Assembly: GCA_024626585.2 (NCBI GenBank) | Contig: JANKJI020000002.1 | Location: 67,173,509 to 67,205,885 of the forward strand | Length of the DNA: 32,377 bases | Origin: Ginkgo biloba | Taxonomy: Eukaryota; Plantae; Ginkgophyta | Direction of reading: 5' to 3' | Shown: piece by piece, positions 12,601 to 24,091 of the stretch | Position numbering within the stretch: position 1 is the stretch's first letter | How the letters are laid out: each line of letters starts with the position of its first letter | Made by a program: the position numbers and the translations under genes | The notes under the pieces: model-generated | The model's database searches: none | Told to the model about the DNA's origin: nothing | The model's input: the letters and a program-made list of their open reading frames with translations, nothing else

Positions 12601-13143
12601 AATGGCACAAAACATCATGGAATTTTGTACACCATGTCTGATGATTTTAAATTAGTTGGGTATACAGATAGTGATTGGGCAGGCAATATTGATGATAGAA
12701 AGAGCACATCAGGATATGCATTTAATCTTGGGTCAGGAGCAATTTCATGGGCTTCGAAGAAACAACCCATTGTATCACTCTCCACGACTGAAGTAGATTA
12801 CATAGTAGCAAATGCAATAGCATGCCAAGCCATCTGGCTAAGGAGAATCCTTTCAGATCTATATGTGGAGCAGAAGGAAGGTACTATTATTTTTTTTGAT
12901 AATATATCCTTAATAGCATTTTCAAAGAATCACTTTTTTCATGGCCGAAGCAAGCATATTGCAATTTGATATCACTTTATAAGGGAACTTGTTGAAAATG
13001 GAGGGATCAATCTTCAGTATTGCAAGTCTAAACAGTAGTTAGCAGATATATTTACTAAAGCATTGCCAAAGGATGTATTTGGGAAGTTAAAGAAAAGTCT
13101 TGGAGTTGTTGATTTGAATGTTGAGTTTAAGTGGGAGTGTTGA
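9700..13143 (+). pseudogene. Copia gag-pol polyprotein, lightly disrupted
   Basis: CYYCKKYGHYTSEC (9831-9872), WYLDSGCS, WHQRYGH/CEGC, HSDLCGP, FIDDFSR, RTDRGGEY, QQNGIAER, HQMDVK, LYGLKQAPRAW, LYVDDL, DSDWAG, ADIFTK. Lesions: TAA 9900, +1 frameshift ~11001, TGA 12967, TAG 13036. Confidence 0.95.
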
Positions 13144-13267
13144 ATTTATAAACTCAATTGTTTCCTACTATTTCACCTGCCAATATTAAGTGCTTGATTG
13201 ACTACATTTTAAAAATAAAACAATTCTAGGTTGTGCGTGCATTTTTTAGAAAAGACAGCATTAGGAG
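13129..13267 (+). repeat. Copia PPT (13129-13137) and start of 3' LTR (from 13138)
   Basis: AAGTGGGAG immediately followed by TGTTGAA at the end of pol; runs into an N gap. Confidence 0.8.
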
Positions 13268-13367
13268 NNNNNNNNNNNNNNNNNNNNNNNNNNNNNNNNN
13301 NNNNNNNNNNNNNNNNNNNNNNNNNNNNNNNNNNNNNNNNNNNNNNNNNNNNNNNNNNNNNNNNNNN

Positions 13368-14125
13368 CTCCAACACCATATTTTTTCACCTACCTTCGTC
13401 AATTATCATATCGTAGGCCTTTCCTCCCAACATACATTTGCCCCTAAAAATCCTCTTTCTTTGGTATGTGTTGGTTACTCGTTTAGGATTATCAGTGTTC
13501 ATTCTTATACTATAGGACAGATGATAATCTTCCTCTTTGATCAACTTCTCTTTGTCTTTTGTTGGAGGGTGTTATATCCCTCTTTTTCCAAGTATTATCT
13601 TTTTTCCTAACAAAAATAATATCCTTTATGTCAGTATTACTTATGTTCCTTATATCGCCACATGCTCTGATCTTGTCCCTTCTTAGACCAAGTTCATTCT
13701 TGGTCTATCATCATTTCTCATCAAGCACTCAAAAGATTTGTGTCCTTCTACACCACACCTAAAATACATTGTTGGCCTCCTAGGTGCTTAATAGGTTCTA
13801 TATATTCCCCTTCCTATTATATGGGTTCTATCTATTTCCTCCTAGAGACTAAATGGTTGATACTTTGGAGAAGAAAGTGAAATACACTTTCTTCAAAATT
13901 TGGCACCTCTAGTCTCACACCACCTTTATTGTTATTCAACAACTTGGCTAATTAGTCTTTCATAACTAGCCTCGATCATTTTGATTCTTTATTATCAGAC
14001 TCTAATGCTTTGCCAATCACAGGTCTCTAGCTTTACAATTGACTCTTAATCTATTTCACTTTCTTCTCCAAAGTATCAACCATTTAGTCTCTTATTTGGT
14101 CATCATTACCTACTCTTGGATCCAT
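13368..14125 (-). pseudogene. Family B CRM-type gag-protease remnant with capsid deletion
   Basis: GGVRLEVPNFEE lies close to the knuckle YFRCGVEGHKSFEC; protease start IFRGKCMLGGKAYDMIIDEGR. Confidence 0.8.
13844..14092. repeat. Perfect 41-bp inverted repeat (arms 13844-13884 and 14052-14092)
   Basis: AGAGACTAAATGGTTGATACTTTGGAGAAGAAAGTGAAATA is the exact reverse complement of TATTTCACTTTCTTCTCCAAAGTATCAACCATTTAGTCTCT. Confidence 0.95.
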
Positions 14126-14297
14126 CTCAAACGTTTCTCTCAATGAGATTCCACTCACTGTCTACAACATCTTTTGAAAATGTTCTCCTAACAAAAAATT
14201 TCTAACAACTCCTTCAATGAGTAAAATTTCTATGAAATGACACCAAGTGATCGTATCTTACTTCTTTACTATTATTTCTTCAAAGATCTTTAGCTGT

Positions 14298-14309
14298 GCT
14301 CTGATACCA
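14298..14309 (-). promoter_or_regulatory. Primer-binding site (tRNA-iMet)
   Basis: GCTCTGATACCA, i.e. a perfect TGGTATCAGAGC on the minus strand, 2 nt from the LTR end. Confidence 0.92.
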
Positions 14310-14311
14310 AA

Positions 14312-14737
14312 TGATGCAGCCAGACGGTGGGTGTGTCACTAGTTGTTACCAAGCTCATCCTCTATTATTTTTCAATGATGAATGCATAGACATCATCAAG
14401 CTAAGAATTGATGACAACCACCAACTGCCTCTAGGATCTCAACAATGGACCCTCGCCAACCATAATTGATGAGATGCGCCAAGTTCACTCAGCCTATTTA
14501 GGCATCAACAAAAAAAGAGAGGGATTGATCCTCATGGAAGATTTCAACAGTAATTTAGGACATAAGGAGAAAAAAAATAAATCCACAAAAGTTTCTCACA
14601 CACACCACACATAGAAAATTCATATGGATAATAAATTTTTAACTAAAGAAACCCTCTCAGGGAATAAAAGTCCAAGATGTCATTAGTCAAAGATTAAAAG
14701 TCATTATAATAACCTCGATTACTCTTCCTCATTATCA
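14312..14737 (-). repeat. 5' LTR of family B element (runs into gap)
   Basis: TGATGCAGCCAGACGGTGGGTG...; about 80% by eye to 7899-8325. Confidence 0.9.
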
Positions 14738-15286
14738 NNNNNNNNNNNNNNNNNNNNNNNNNNNNNNNNNNNNNNNNNNNNNNNNNNNNNNNNNNNNNNN
14801 NNNNNNNNNNNNNNNNNNNNNNNNNNNNNNNNNNNNNNNNNNNNNNNNNNNNNNNNNNNNNNNNNNNNNNNNNNNNNNNNNNNNNNNNNNNNNNNNNNNN
14901 NNNNNNNNNNNNNNNNNNNNNNNNNNNNNNNNNNNNNNNNNNNNNNNNNNNNNNNNNNNNNNNNNNNNNNNNNNNNNNNNNNNNNNNNNNNNNNNNNNNN
15001 NNNNNNNNNNNNNNNNNNNNNNNNNNNNNNNNNNNNNNNNNNNNNNNNNNNNNNNNNNNNNNNNNNNNNNNNNNNNNNNNNNNNNNNNNNNNNNNNNNNN
15101 NNNNNNNNNNNNNNNNNNNNNNNNNNNNNNNNNNNNNNNNNNNNNNNNNNNNNNNNNNNNNNNNNNNNNNNNNNNNNNNNNNNNNNNNNNNNNNNNNNNN
15201 NNNNNNNNNNNNNNNNNNNNNNNNNNNNNNNNNNNNNNNNNNNNNNNNNNNNNNNNNNNNNNNNNNNNNNNNNNNNNNNNNNNNNN

Positions 15287-15427
15287 TTTTCTAAAATTTC
15301 ACATGTAATTAAGATTCTACCTGCACAAGATAATTTCTATAGTAAGAACCAGATTATCCCCTTAGAAACCGATCAATCACTTTCCTATAAAATCTATTAA
15401 AACCTCCAACATCAAGTGGGTACATCA
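15287..15427. repeat. Probable LTR terminus of unassigned family
   Basis: Ends ..GTACATCA exactly where the integrase reading resumes; does not match the end of LTR-B. Confidence 0.4.
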
Positions 15428-16300
15428 ATATTACATGGATTGATGAAGAGAATAACCTCTAATAAAGACAATACATTTCTTAGCCATTTTTGGAAAATAT
15501 TATAGAGGAAGTTAGACACCAAGTTGCAATATAGTAGTGTGTATCACCCATAAACTGACACATAGACAGGGGTAGTCAATGAATTATTAGGAAACTTATT
15601 ATAGATCTTAGTAGGTAATAAAACCAAGTAGTGGGATACCATATTAGCATAGGTAAAGTTCACTTATAATATCTTAGTGAATAGATCAATGGGTTTGTCA
15701 CCATTTTAAATTATGTATGGGAGGATGTTAAAGATGATAGTAGATCTAGTGGAGCTCTCAGGTGAAGGATATGTTACCGATGACACTAACGCATTGACAA
15801 ATAGATAAATAGGGTCCATGAGGAAGTGAAGCAACATCTCACAAGGATCAACAACAAGTATAAAGTGACAGTAAATCAACATTGTCGAAAGAAGGAGAAC
15901 AATGTCAGAAACTTGGTTATGGTATACCTATAGAAGGATATATTCTCATCGAGGATGTATAATAAGCTAAGGTATAAGAAGATTGGACCATGCCAAATTG
16001 TCAAAAAGATAAATGAGAATGCCTACGAGGTGAATTTTCCCAACGAGTATGACATCTCGCTATTATTCAATATGGTATACTTGTATGGATATCCAGGCAA
16101 TGGTGAAGAACTAGAAGAGGAAGCAGGTGACTCATGACAGCATGTGCAAAGGAAGAAGAAAGAATAAATCGATGAAGTAGTGGATCAAAAGATGGTAGAG
16201 ATGAGAAAGGGGAGATGCAACAAATACGTCATAAAATGGAAAGGGTTATCATAAGAGGATAATACATGGATCATAGAGGACTAGCTTAGAAAGTTGAATG
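15428..16300 (+). pseudogene. Gypsy integrase core/C-terminus with GPY/F motif and chromodomain
   Basis: LHGLMKRITSNKD...YHP*TD..VVN..LGNLL; KIGPCQIVKKINENAYEV; IDEVVDQK...KYVIKWKGLS*EDNTWI (~16168-16298). Confidence 0.9.
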
Positions 16301-16359
16301 AAGAGGAATAGAGGAATTTTAAATAATGGCATGAGTAGGATCTCATGTAAACTTTGAGC

Positions 16360-17530
16360 AAAGGGAGTATGATGTGGGAGCATCATCAATTTTAGACTAA
16401 TAATAACTTTCCACCATTTTTTAGAAGTCTGATAAGCGAATTTCAAAGGAGACAATGTCATAAATTAGCGGTGATAGTTAGGAGACTAACAATATATTGT
16501 TAACAATGACAAATAATTAGAACGTCAGCATTAACACATAATAGAGGAAAGAGGAACATAATAGAAATAGGAGATAACCGATAACAATCGTCGACAATAA
16601 TAGTTTACCAGGGTAATCAGATGTCAAACATCAAGAATAACTAAATAGTTATATAGGGAGAATGATAGATAAGAGGCCAATAATAGAGGATCTAAAATGA
16701 TGACATGACACCAACAAGAAGGAGACCAATAGTCGGTGGTGGATTTTTTTAAATCTAAATAGTAATGGTAGTAGGTGGGATATCCACAAGAGGCTTCTTC
16801 ACCCATGAGCAAAAATTAATGGAGAATTTAATACCCAATAACCAAAGGCCATGATAAGGAATGGTAGTTAGAGTCCAAATGCAAGTAAGAGATTTTTGGA
16901 TATACCTAGGGGCTAAGGCCAGAATTAATGCAGGAATGTAGAGTTAGGTGCATGGGGAAGACTTTGGCACAAAAAGGAGAAATTTCTAAAGAGATAAAAT
17001 ATGGGAGAAGGGAGAAAGGTGGAAGTAATGAGGAAGAGAGATAGTCTAGGAAATATAGGAGGGAGAAAGAGCATATTTATGAGGGATACAAAGTCAAATG
17101 AAAATGATGCTAAGTCATAGTGAGTGTAAGAAGGGAGGAGGTCCCATGAAGGAGAAGGTGCAGACAATTTATAGTGAGGCAGCGATGTAGGATTATGAGG
17201 GAAAATTGGTATACAATAAAGTAATATTCCTACAGGACCCAAGGGGTATGATCTAAGGGTGAGACGAAATTCCTCTATGAAGGAGATGAGTTGTATCATG
17301 TTGTTACTAGAACCCTAACTATGGGGTTTATTATATATAAATCTATGAATAGGTTGGTGGGTTTTTTATAATACAAGGATTGAATATAATATAAGGCATT
17401 ATGTATTTGTTCACATTTTTCTCTTATATACTCATGTATGTTTGGTTGTTTGTAAGGGAATGCTCAGGGAACTTGGGACTCGAACAGCATCATCGAGTAT
17501 TTTAGTGATTGATGCCAAGTGGTTACATCA
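16360..17530 (+). repeat. PPT (16360-16369) and 3' LTR, family A (16370-17530)
   Basis: AAAGGGAGTA then TGATGT...ACATCA inverted termini; direct repeat of 2989-4159. Confidence 0.92.
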
Positions 17531-20500
17531 CCTACTAACCNNNNNNNNNNTTATTTTTAATCTATCATGGGTGAGTACTTTTCTTTGTACTAGTAACCAA
17601 AGGAATGTTATAATTTTTGGCAATATTTTTGGATTCCAAACGTTATTCCATGCTTTATCCCTCAGTAGGTTATTTATGTTAATTAGAAGATCATACCCTT
17701 CTTTAATTGTGTAAGATTTCCTTACCCAATAGATTAAGTTATTTTCCTCACTAAATTTTATTTTCATTGTGCTTAGAAGTTTCTCTTGGTCATTCTTTTC
17801 CTTCTTTGATATTTCTCTAGGCCATTTGTTACTACTTTTCCATTATCTTATTCCTACCGATGCCTCTTCCCAATAATGTTTTATTCTTTAAAATTTTAGT
17901 TATTTCTTTCTATTAGTATGATTTGATTAACAAAACCTTTTCGATTCCATGAATCCTCCCAAAAGTATCCTTTTAAACCATCTTTAACCTCCAAATATGC
18001 TCTTTCCTGGATTAGATCTCTACTCATGTTTATATTATTCTAAACACTTTATCCCTTTAGAATATTTTATTTTCTCATTATTATTCCTTCCCCTCCATAC
18101 TTAGATTTTAATATCTTTAATCAATAACCATTTTATGTACATATTCTCCAATATAATTTAGCTCCTAAAGTTATACTTAGGAGCTAAATATTTTTTATTC
18201 CTACCTCCCTTGCCCATTTTGGTTTGCATACCTTTTCTCATGCTAGGGTNNNNNNNNNNNNNNNNNNNNNNNNNNNNNNNNNNTGCTTCCTTGCCATAGA
18301 AAACTCATTATCAACCTCTACATACCTTCCAACATAGTCCTTTTTGCTGCAACCACTAAGATTTGATAAACAAGGATAGCTAATAATGCTAATTTAATTA
18401 GTTGAATTATTCCTACCAATGTTAACAGCGTATAACTCTAGGTGGCTAGATTATCTCTGAACTTTCCAATAATTTCCTTCTATTCCACAACTTCTTAACT
18501 ACTTTTTTTTAATGTAATTACCAAATATTTAGTTATAAAATTAGACCTTTGGAACCCCAAGATTTTATATATTTTCAATTTAGTCCTTACCAAATAATTC
18601 AAGATGAATATTTGAGATTTCTCCATATTTATCTCTTCTCCATTCGTAGCCAAATAATTTAACAAGATTTTTTTTTTAATTTTTTCTTCTTGAATAGTTT
18701 CTTGGCCTACCAACAAAGTATCATCTATAAACTATAGTTTGGTCATTGGTTTTGTTGTCAATGTTATTTGGACCCCCTCTATTTGATGTTTTTCCCTGCC
18801 CTCCTAGATTTCCCTTCTAATAGTTTCATCCATAATTATATATAAATATGGAGATAGTGGATAACCTTGTCTTAGCCTCCTACTAGACCTAAAGAACTTT
18901 AATGGATTCCCATTTATCAATACTTCCATTGAAGATGATGAAATGATCCCTTTTACCCAAATTCACTTAGGCTTTTGAAAATCCAAACTTATTAAGTGTC
19001 CTTAATAGGAAATTATAACTCAACTTATCATAAGCCTTGTCCATATCTATCTTAACTAACATCTTATCTTACTTGGATCTTTTTAAAGTATGGATTGATT
19101 CTTATGCTATAATAATTCAATCCAAATTTTTCCTTCCTTTAACAAAACTTTCCTTTTCCTCTAAAATTAACTTGAGAAGAAGGTTCTTCAACCTAATTAT
19201 CATCACCTTAGAAATTAATTTATATGTTATATTACATAAGGAAATAGGTCTCAACTTGTCTAAAGTATATGCTACCATTTTGGGGGGAATTAATGTTAAA
19301 AAGGTTAAATTTAACTCCCCTTGTACCTTCCTTGATTTTCTTGAACTTTTGATAGCTAACATTAAATCATGCTTAACTATTTCCCATGTCATCTTGTAAA
19401 AATATATTGGAAACCCATTTAGGCCTAGAGATTTATTATTTTCCACTAAAGTTAGTACTTGAAAAACTTCTTCTTCCTAGTTTTAATAATTTCCTATTTT
19501 TCTCCTCTGATGCAATGTNNNNNNNNNNNNNNNNNNNNNNNNNNNNNNNNNNNNNNNNNNNNNNNNNNNNNNNNNNNNNNNNNNNNNNNNNNNNNNNNNN
19601 NNNNNNNNNNNNNNNNNNNNNNNNNNNNNNNNNNNNNNNNNNNNNNNNNNNNNNNNNNNNNNNNNNNNNNNNNNNNNNNNNNNNNNNNNNNNNNNNNNNN
19701 NNNNNNNNNNNNNNNNNNNNNNNNNNNNNNNNNNNNNNNNNNNNNNNNNNNNNNCTATTTTATATAGATTATCCTATTTAACTAATGCCTCCTCTTATTG
19801 TTATTTTCTCTCCTATGAACCCCCTTCCTAAAAAATATTATCTTAGATTTCATCCAATTGTTGTTCGAGTTCTCTTTCTCTTTGAAGATGTTTCCAAAAA
19901 CTCTTTTATTCCAATATTTTAATCTAATTTTAAAATGTTTAGATTTCTTTTACAACATGAACATCCTCATCCCATTACCAGGATGCCCTTCTTAACACCA
20001 TTTCTTTATATTTGTTAAAAAATATGGGTGAGTTATCCACATTATTTCAAACTTGAAGTGAGAGTTTTTTTTGTGGGAGATCTTTACATATATGTAGACT
20101 GACAGTACAAAGATCTAATACATCTCCTTTTAGTATGAAAGACTCAATTATAATATGGTCTTCTATCCAATTTTCTCCAACCAGGAATCTATCTAATCTT
20201 TCTGCTATGAGTGTCTTCCATGTCCTTATATTATTCCATGTATATACTCTATTTTTTATTTTTATGTATACTAATTTAGTGAATTTTACAAAGTCTCTAA
20301 GTGGGGAGCCTATTTTCATGGCTCCCCCTTTTTTCTCTTTTAAGCTCAATATAAAGTTCAAATCCCCTCCTACAATCCATTGTTTATTGTCTTCATCCTT
20401 CTATGATTATGACAACACCTTCCATTAATCATTTTTATCCACGTTAATCATCAATCCATATACATTAGTCAAGACAAAGGGTTTTGATGATAATGATTAT

Positions 20501-20784
20501 TATACTGCTTCACTTATCCACCAAGCACCCTAATTTTTGGTATATATGGATAATGAATATGGATTCCACATTATTGTCAATCCTCTAGACTACCCAATTT
20601 CACTCCTAGTAATATAATTTTCTCTATTCCATACCCCCTTTCTCATCTTTATCATTTCATCCTCTGAGAGATTAGTTTTCTAAATCAAACAAATATCTAT
20701 TCTTTCTTTTATAATTCTTCTTTTCAAATCTCTTTCATTATGTGTCGAGCCCATCCCTCTAAGATTCTAAGATACTAATTTCAT
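17531..20784 (-). pseudogene. L1-type LINE ORF2 (AP endonuclease, reverse transcriptase, zf-RVT), decayed
   Basis: MKLVS*NLRGMG, GGDLNFIL, ERLDRFLV; KSLGLNGFPIYFY, RPISLCNITYKLISKV, KIDMDKAYDKL, LRQGYPLSPYLY, FIDDTLL; WNNVWNPKILPKIITFLWLLVQRKVLTHDRLK. Confidence 0.93.
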
Positions 20785-20789
20785 ATATT

Positions 20790-21310
20790 TTGAGGATTTT
20801 AATTTTTAAACCCTCCTTTACCATTTAATTAAAGATTCTACCCCATTCTTATTCATTTATGGGATGTTACCTATAATTCCTTTGTCATTGATTTCTTCCC
20901 TCTCCTGGTTTTAACTCCCACATCAGGTTTTTGTAATCTCAATTTATCTTATTTAATTCCAAGTGTACTTACTCCTTTCTCTAATATAATTGTTCTTTCT
21001 TCTTCATCTAAGATCTCCTCTCCTTTCTTTTATGTATGTGTTTCTATGTAAATATCCTTCCCTAGTATCCCTCTACCTTATTTCTAAAAGATTTGGTTAT
21101 CAATTATTTTTGTACTCCCCAGCTGGATTTTGGAATTTCTTGCTTTTCTAAAGTTGCAAATTGATTGTTCACTAAAGTTTAATTTTTCGGGTAAACCTTT
21201 TCTTTTACTACATAAACTTCTACACCTTCTTTCTTATTTTTATTTCAAGGTTTCCTAAGATTTATCTTTTTCTTATCTTTCTTAGGCATTTCAAGTACAT
21301 TGTTCTACTT
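20790..21310 (-). mobile_element. Probable LINE ORF1 C-terminal remnant
   Basis: Directly upstream of the ORF2 start, with the same purine-rich minus-strand bias; no diagnostic motif. Confidence 0.4.
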
Positions 21311-23539
21311 TGGGTAGTATTTTTATAAATGTACATATAATATATTATATACTAAATTTAGTATATCTAANNNNNNNNNNNNNNNNNNNNNNNNNNNNNN
21401 NNNNNNNNNNNNNNNNNNNNNNNNNNNNNNNNNNNNNNNNNNNNNNNNNNNNNNNNNNNNNNNNNNNNNNNNNNNNNNNNNNNNNNNNNNNNNNNNNNNN
21501 NNNNNNNNNNNNNNNNNNNNNNNNNNNNNNNNNNNNNNNNNNNNNNNNNNNNNNNNNNNNNNNNNNNNNNNNNNNNNNNNNNNNNNNNNNNNNNNNNNNN
21601 NNNNNNNNNNNNNNNNNNNNNNNNNNNNNNNNNNNNNNNNNNNNNNNNNNNNNNNNNNNNNNNNNNNNNNNNNNNNNNNNNNNNNNNNNNNNNNNNNNNN
21701 NNNNNNNNNNNNNNNNNNNNNNNNNNNNNNNNNNNNNNNNNNNNNNNNNNNNNNNNNNNNNNNNNNNNNNNNNNNNNNNNNNNNNNNNNNNNNNNNNNNN
21801 NNNNNNNNNNNNNNNNNNNNNNNNNNNNNNNNNNNNNNNNNNNNNNNNNNNNNNNNNNNNNNNNNNNNNNNNNNNNNNNNNNNNNNNNNNNNNNNNNNNN
21901 NNNNNNNNNNNNNNNNNNNNNNNNNNNNNNNNNNNNNNNNNNNNNNNNNNNNNNNNNNNNNNNNNNNNNNNNNNNNNNNNNNNNNNNNNNNNNNNNNNNN
22001 NNNNNNNNNNNNNNNNNNNNNNNNNNNNNNNNNNNNNNNNNNNNNNNNNNNNNNNNNNNNNNNNNNNNNNNNNNNNNNNNNNNNNNNNNNNNNNNNNNNN
22101 NNNNNNNNNNNNNNNNNNNNNNNNNNNNNNNNNNNNNNNNNNNNNNNNNNNNTAATTTTTGGCCAAAGTATAGATATCATTTGAACTTACTTATTTGTGA
22201 AAATAGTCATATTGATTATGGTAATCATACTATATTTAGATTTGTTCATATCCTATAGCACTATAGCCAACTATTGACGTGGGTTTAAGAAATGCATACT
22301 TTTCTATTAAATTTATGTATATTATATCTACCATGTCATATTTGTGTTTTATCCAAGAATTATTTCTATATTTTGGATCCCAATAATGTTGATTATATGT
22401 TATATCCACCATTTAATAATATTTTCACCTTTTTACTTATTATGTTGTAATACACTCTTATATAAAAGGAATTTATAATTTCATAAAGAGCAATTACTTC
22501 AATTTAGAATCTTCATTTTAGATTAGGAATATTCTAATTTTATTTTTTCTTCTAACCTTTGAAATTTTTTTAGCAATGTTCTTATTTACCTTAGATTCAT
22601 TTTGTTTTTTTTGCATGGATGATCCGCATGAATTCCACTTCAAATGAGTATCAATGGAAGTAGGTGCAAGAAGTTGACGAGGCTTCATATCCTTTCATTA
22701 AAGAGTATTAATGTTGCATGAATGAGGAGGAAAATGGATACTAGGAGTTAACCAAAAAATTGAAGGAGAGGATTACACACTAGATGCAACCCAACGGAGA
22801 CATAACTCAACTAAATGATCAAGTGATAGAAGAAATTTTGAAACGATGATAAATATAGTGGGTTATACAAATTGAAGATGAAATTGATAAAAAAGAGATG
22901 GTCAAATGGAATGAATAGACAAAATAAAGGATGGTTTGAGGATAGAATGAGGTAAGAGGATCATATGGCTTGATCTAAAGCTTACATGGAAATGTCATAC
23001 AAGACAAAGTGGGTGAAATAGTCATACTAGGCACAAAGATGAATAGAAAACAAAAATAATAGTGGAATATGGGATTATGAGAGGTGATATAGGTGGAGTA
23101 TGGAATATGAACTACTATAAATGGATGGAGAATATTAGAGATATTCAAAAAATAGGAAACAAATGCAAATATAGATATAGGATAGGAATAGAAAATATTT
23201 TTGTTAGAGAGAGAGAGAGATTCAAAATGGAGATGCTTAAATACTACATGGAGCAACCCTAATGGGTAGCTTTGGAGAATATTTATTAGAAAGAGAGATA
23301 TTTGATAATTCAAATATTAAATAGAATATTCATTGAATGATCCCATATCTTATAGTTGAAATGATAGACTTATATAAACTTCATATCCTCACATTCTCGT
23401 AAGTAGGCACCTTTTCATAGTGAGACTTACATTGATATTAACTAATTATTAATTAATTCTAATAACTAACCTAACAACTAATCGATTAATTAGCCTTATC
23501 AACCATAGAATTTGGTATTTTATAAACTCTTTCGAATTC

Positions 23540-24091
23540 ACTTGGAATAACATTTTTTCTTTTCTTAGGGTTCTTTAACCCCTCTATAACTTAATCTATA
23601 ATATTATCCTATAAGGAATCCATATAAAACCAACCATAAAAAGATTAATATACATAAGATGATTCAGAAANNNNNNNNNNNNNNNNNNTCAGAAAGAAAG
23701 GAATATTTATTAATGGATTAGGTTAGATCAACCTTTTACTACAAAAAAAGCAACTTACAATCCAAGTTGTTGAAGTATTTATAAGATAGCATAAGTTTTA
23801 TCTAAGTTATGTCTACATAAAGAAATAAAGTCTTACATGCATAATTTTGTATGTACACAAACTTGCATGTGAATTCATGATTTTATGTTTGATGATATTT
23901 ATCCTAAGGAAAGATAACTAATATTATTTAGCAAAGATAAGATAATGAATTTCTGTTTTGATAAAAAATAAAGATATTAGTCATTTGCTCTATCTTATCT
24001 TTACTCAATTTATTTAATTCCTTAATTTTTTAGGAGATCCTTGGACATATGTACCTCATATGACCAAGGTCATATCAATTCCTCCCTCCTT
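23540..24091 (-). repeat. LTR remnant (family C) with PPT
   Basis: Minus strand reads AAGGAGGGAGGA-AT-TGATATG (PPT 24080-24091, LTR start 24077); 23540-23740 recurs at 26030-26205. Left boundary uncertain. Confidence 0.55.

Larger units (their letters stand above)
9700..13267 (+). mobile_element. Ty1/copia retrotransposon, 5'-truncated
   Basis: Domain order knuckle-PR-INT-RT-RH, then PPT and the start of the 3' LTR; no 5' LTR, PBS or capsid visible. Confidence 0.95.
2989..17530 (+). mobile_element. Old Ty3/gypsy chromovirus (CRM clade), family A, rearranged and carrying nested insertions
   Basis: Paired ~1.16-kb direct LTRs with outer termini TGATG...CATCA; plus-strand gag and integrase remnants; PPT before the 3' LTR; the LINE reading is contiguous across the two outer flanks. 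Confidence 0.75.

Noticed and set aside
10005-12969. Two intact genes or a programmed frameshift between INT and RT
   Set aside because: The shift falls inside the conserved integrase motif VYxLNRxPT and further stops flank it, so this is a 1-bp insertion in a single copia polyprotein.
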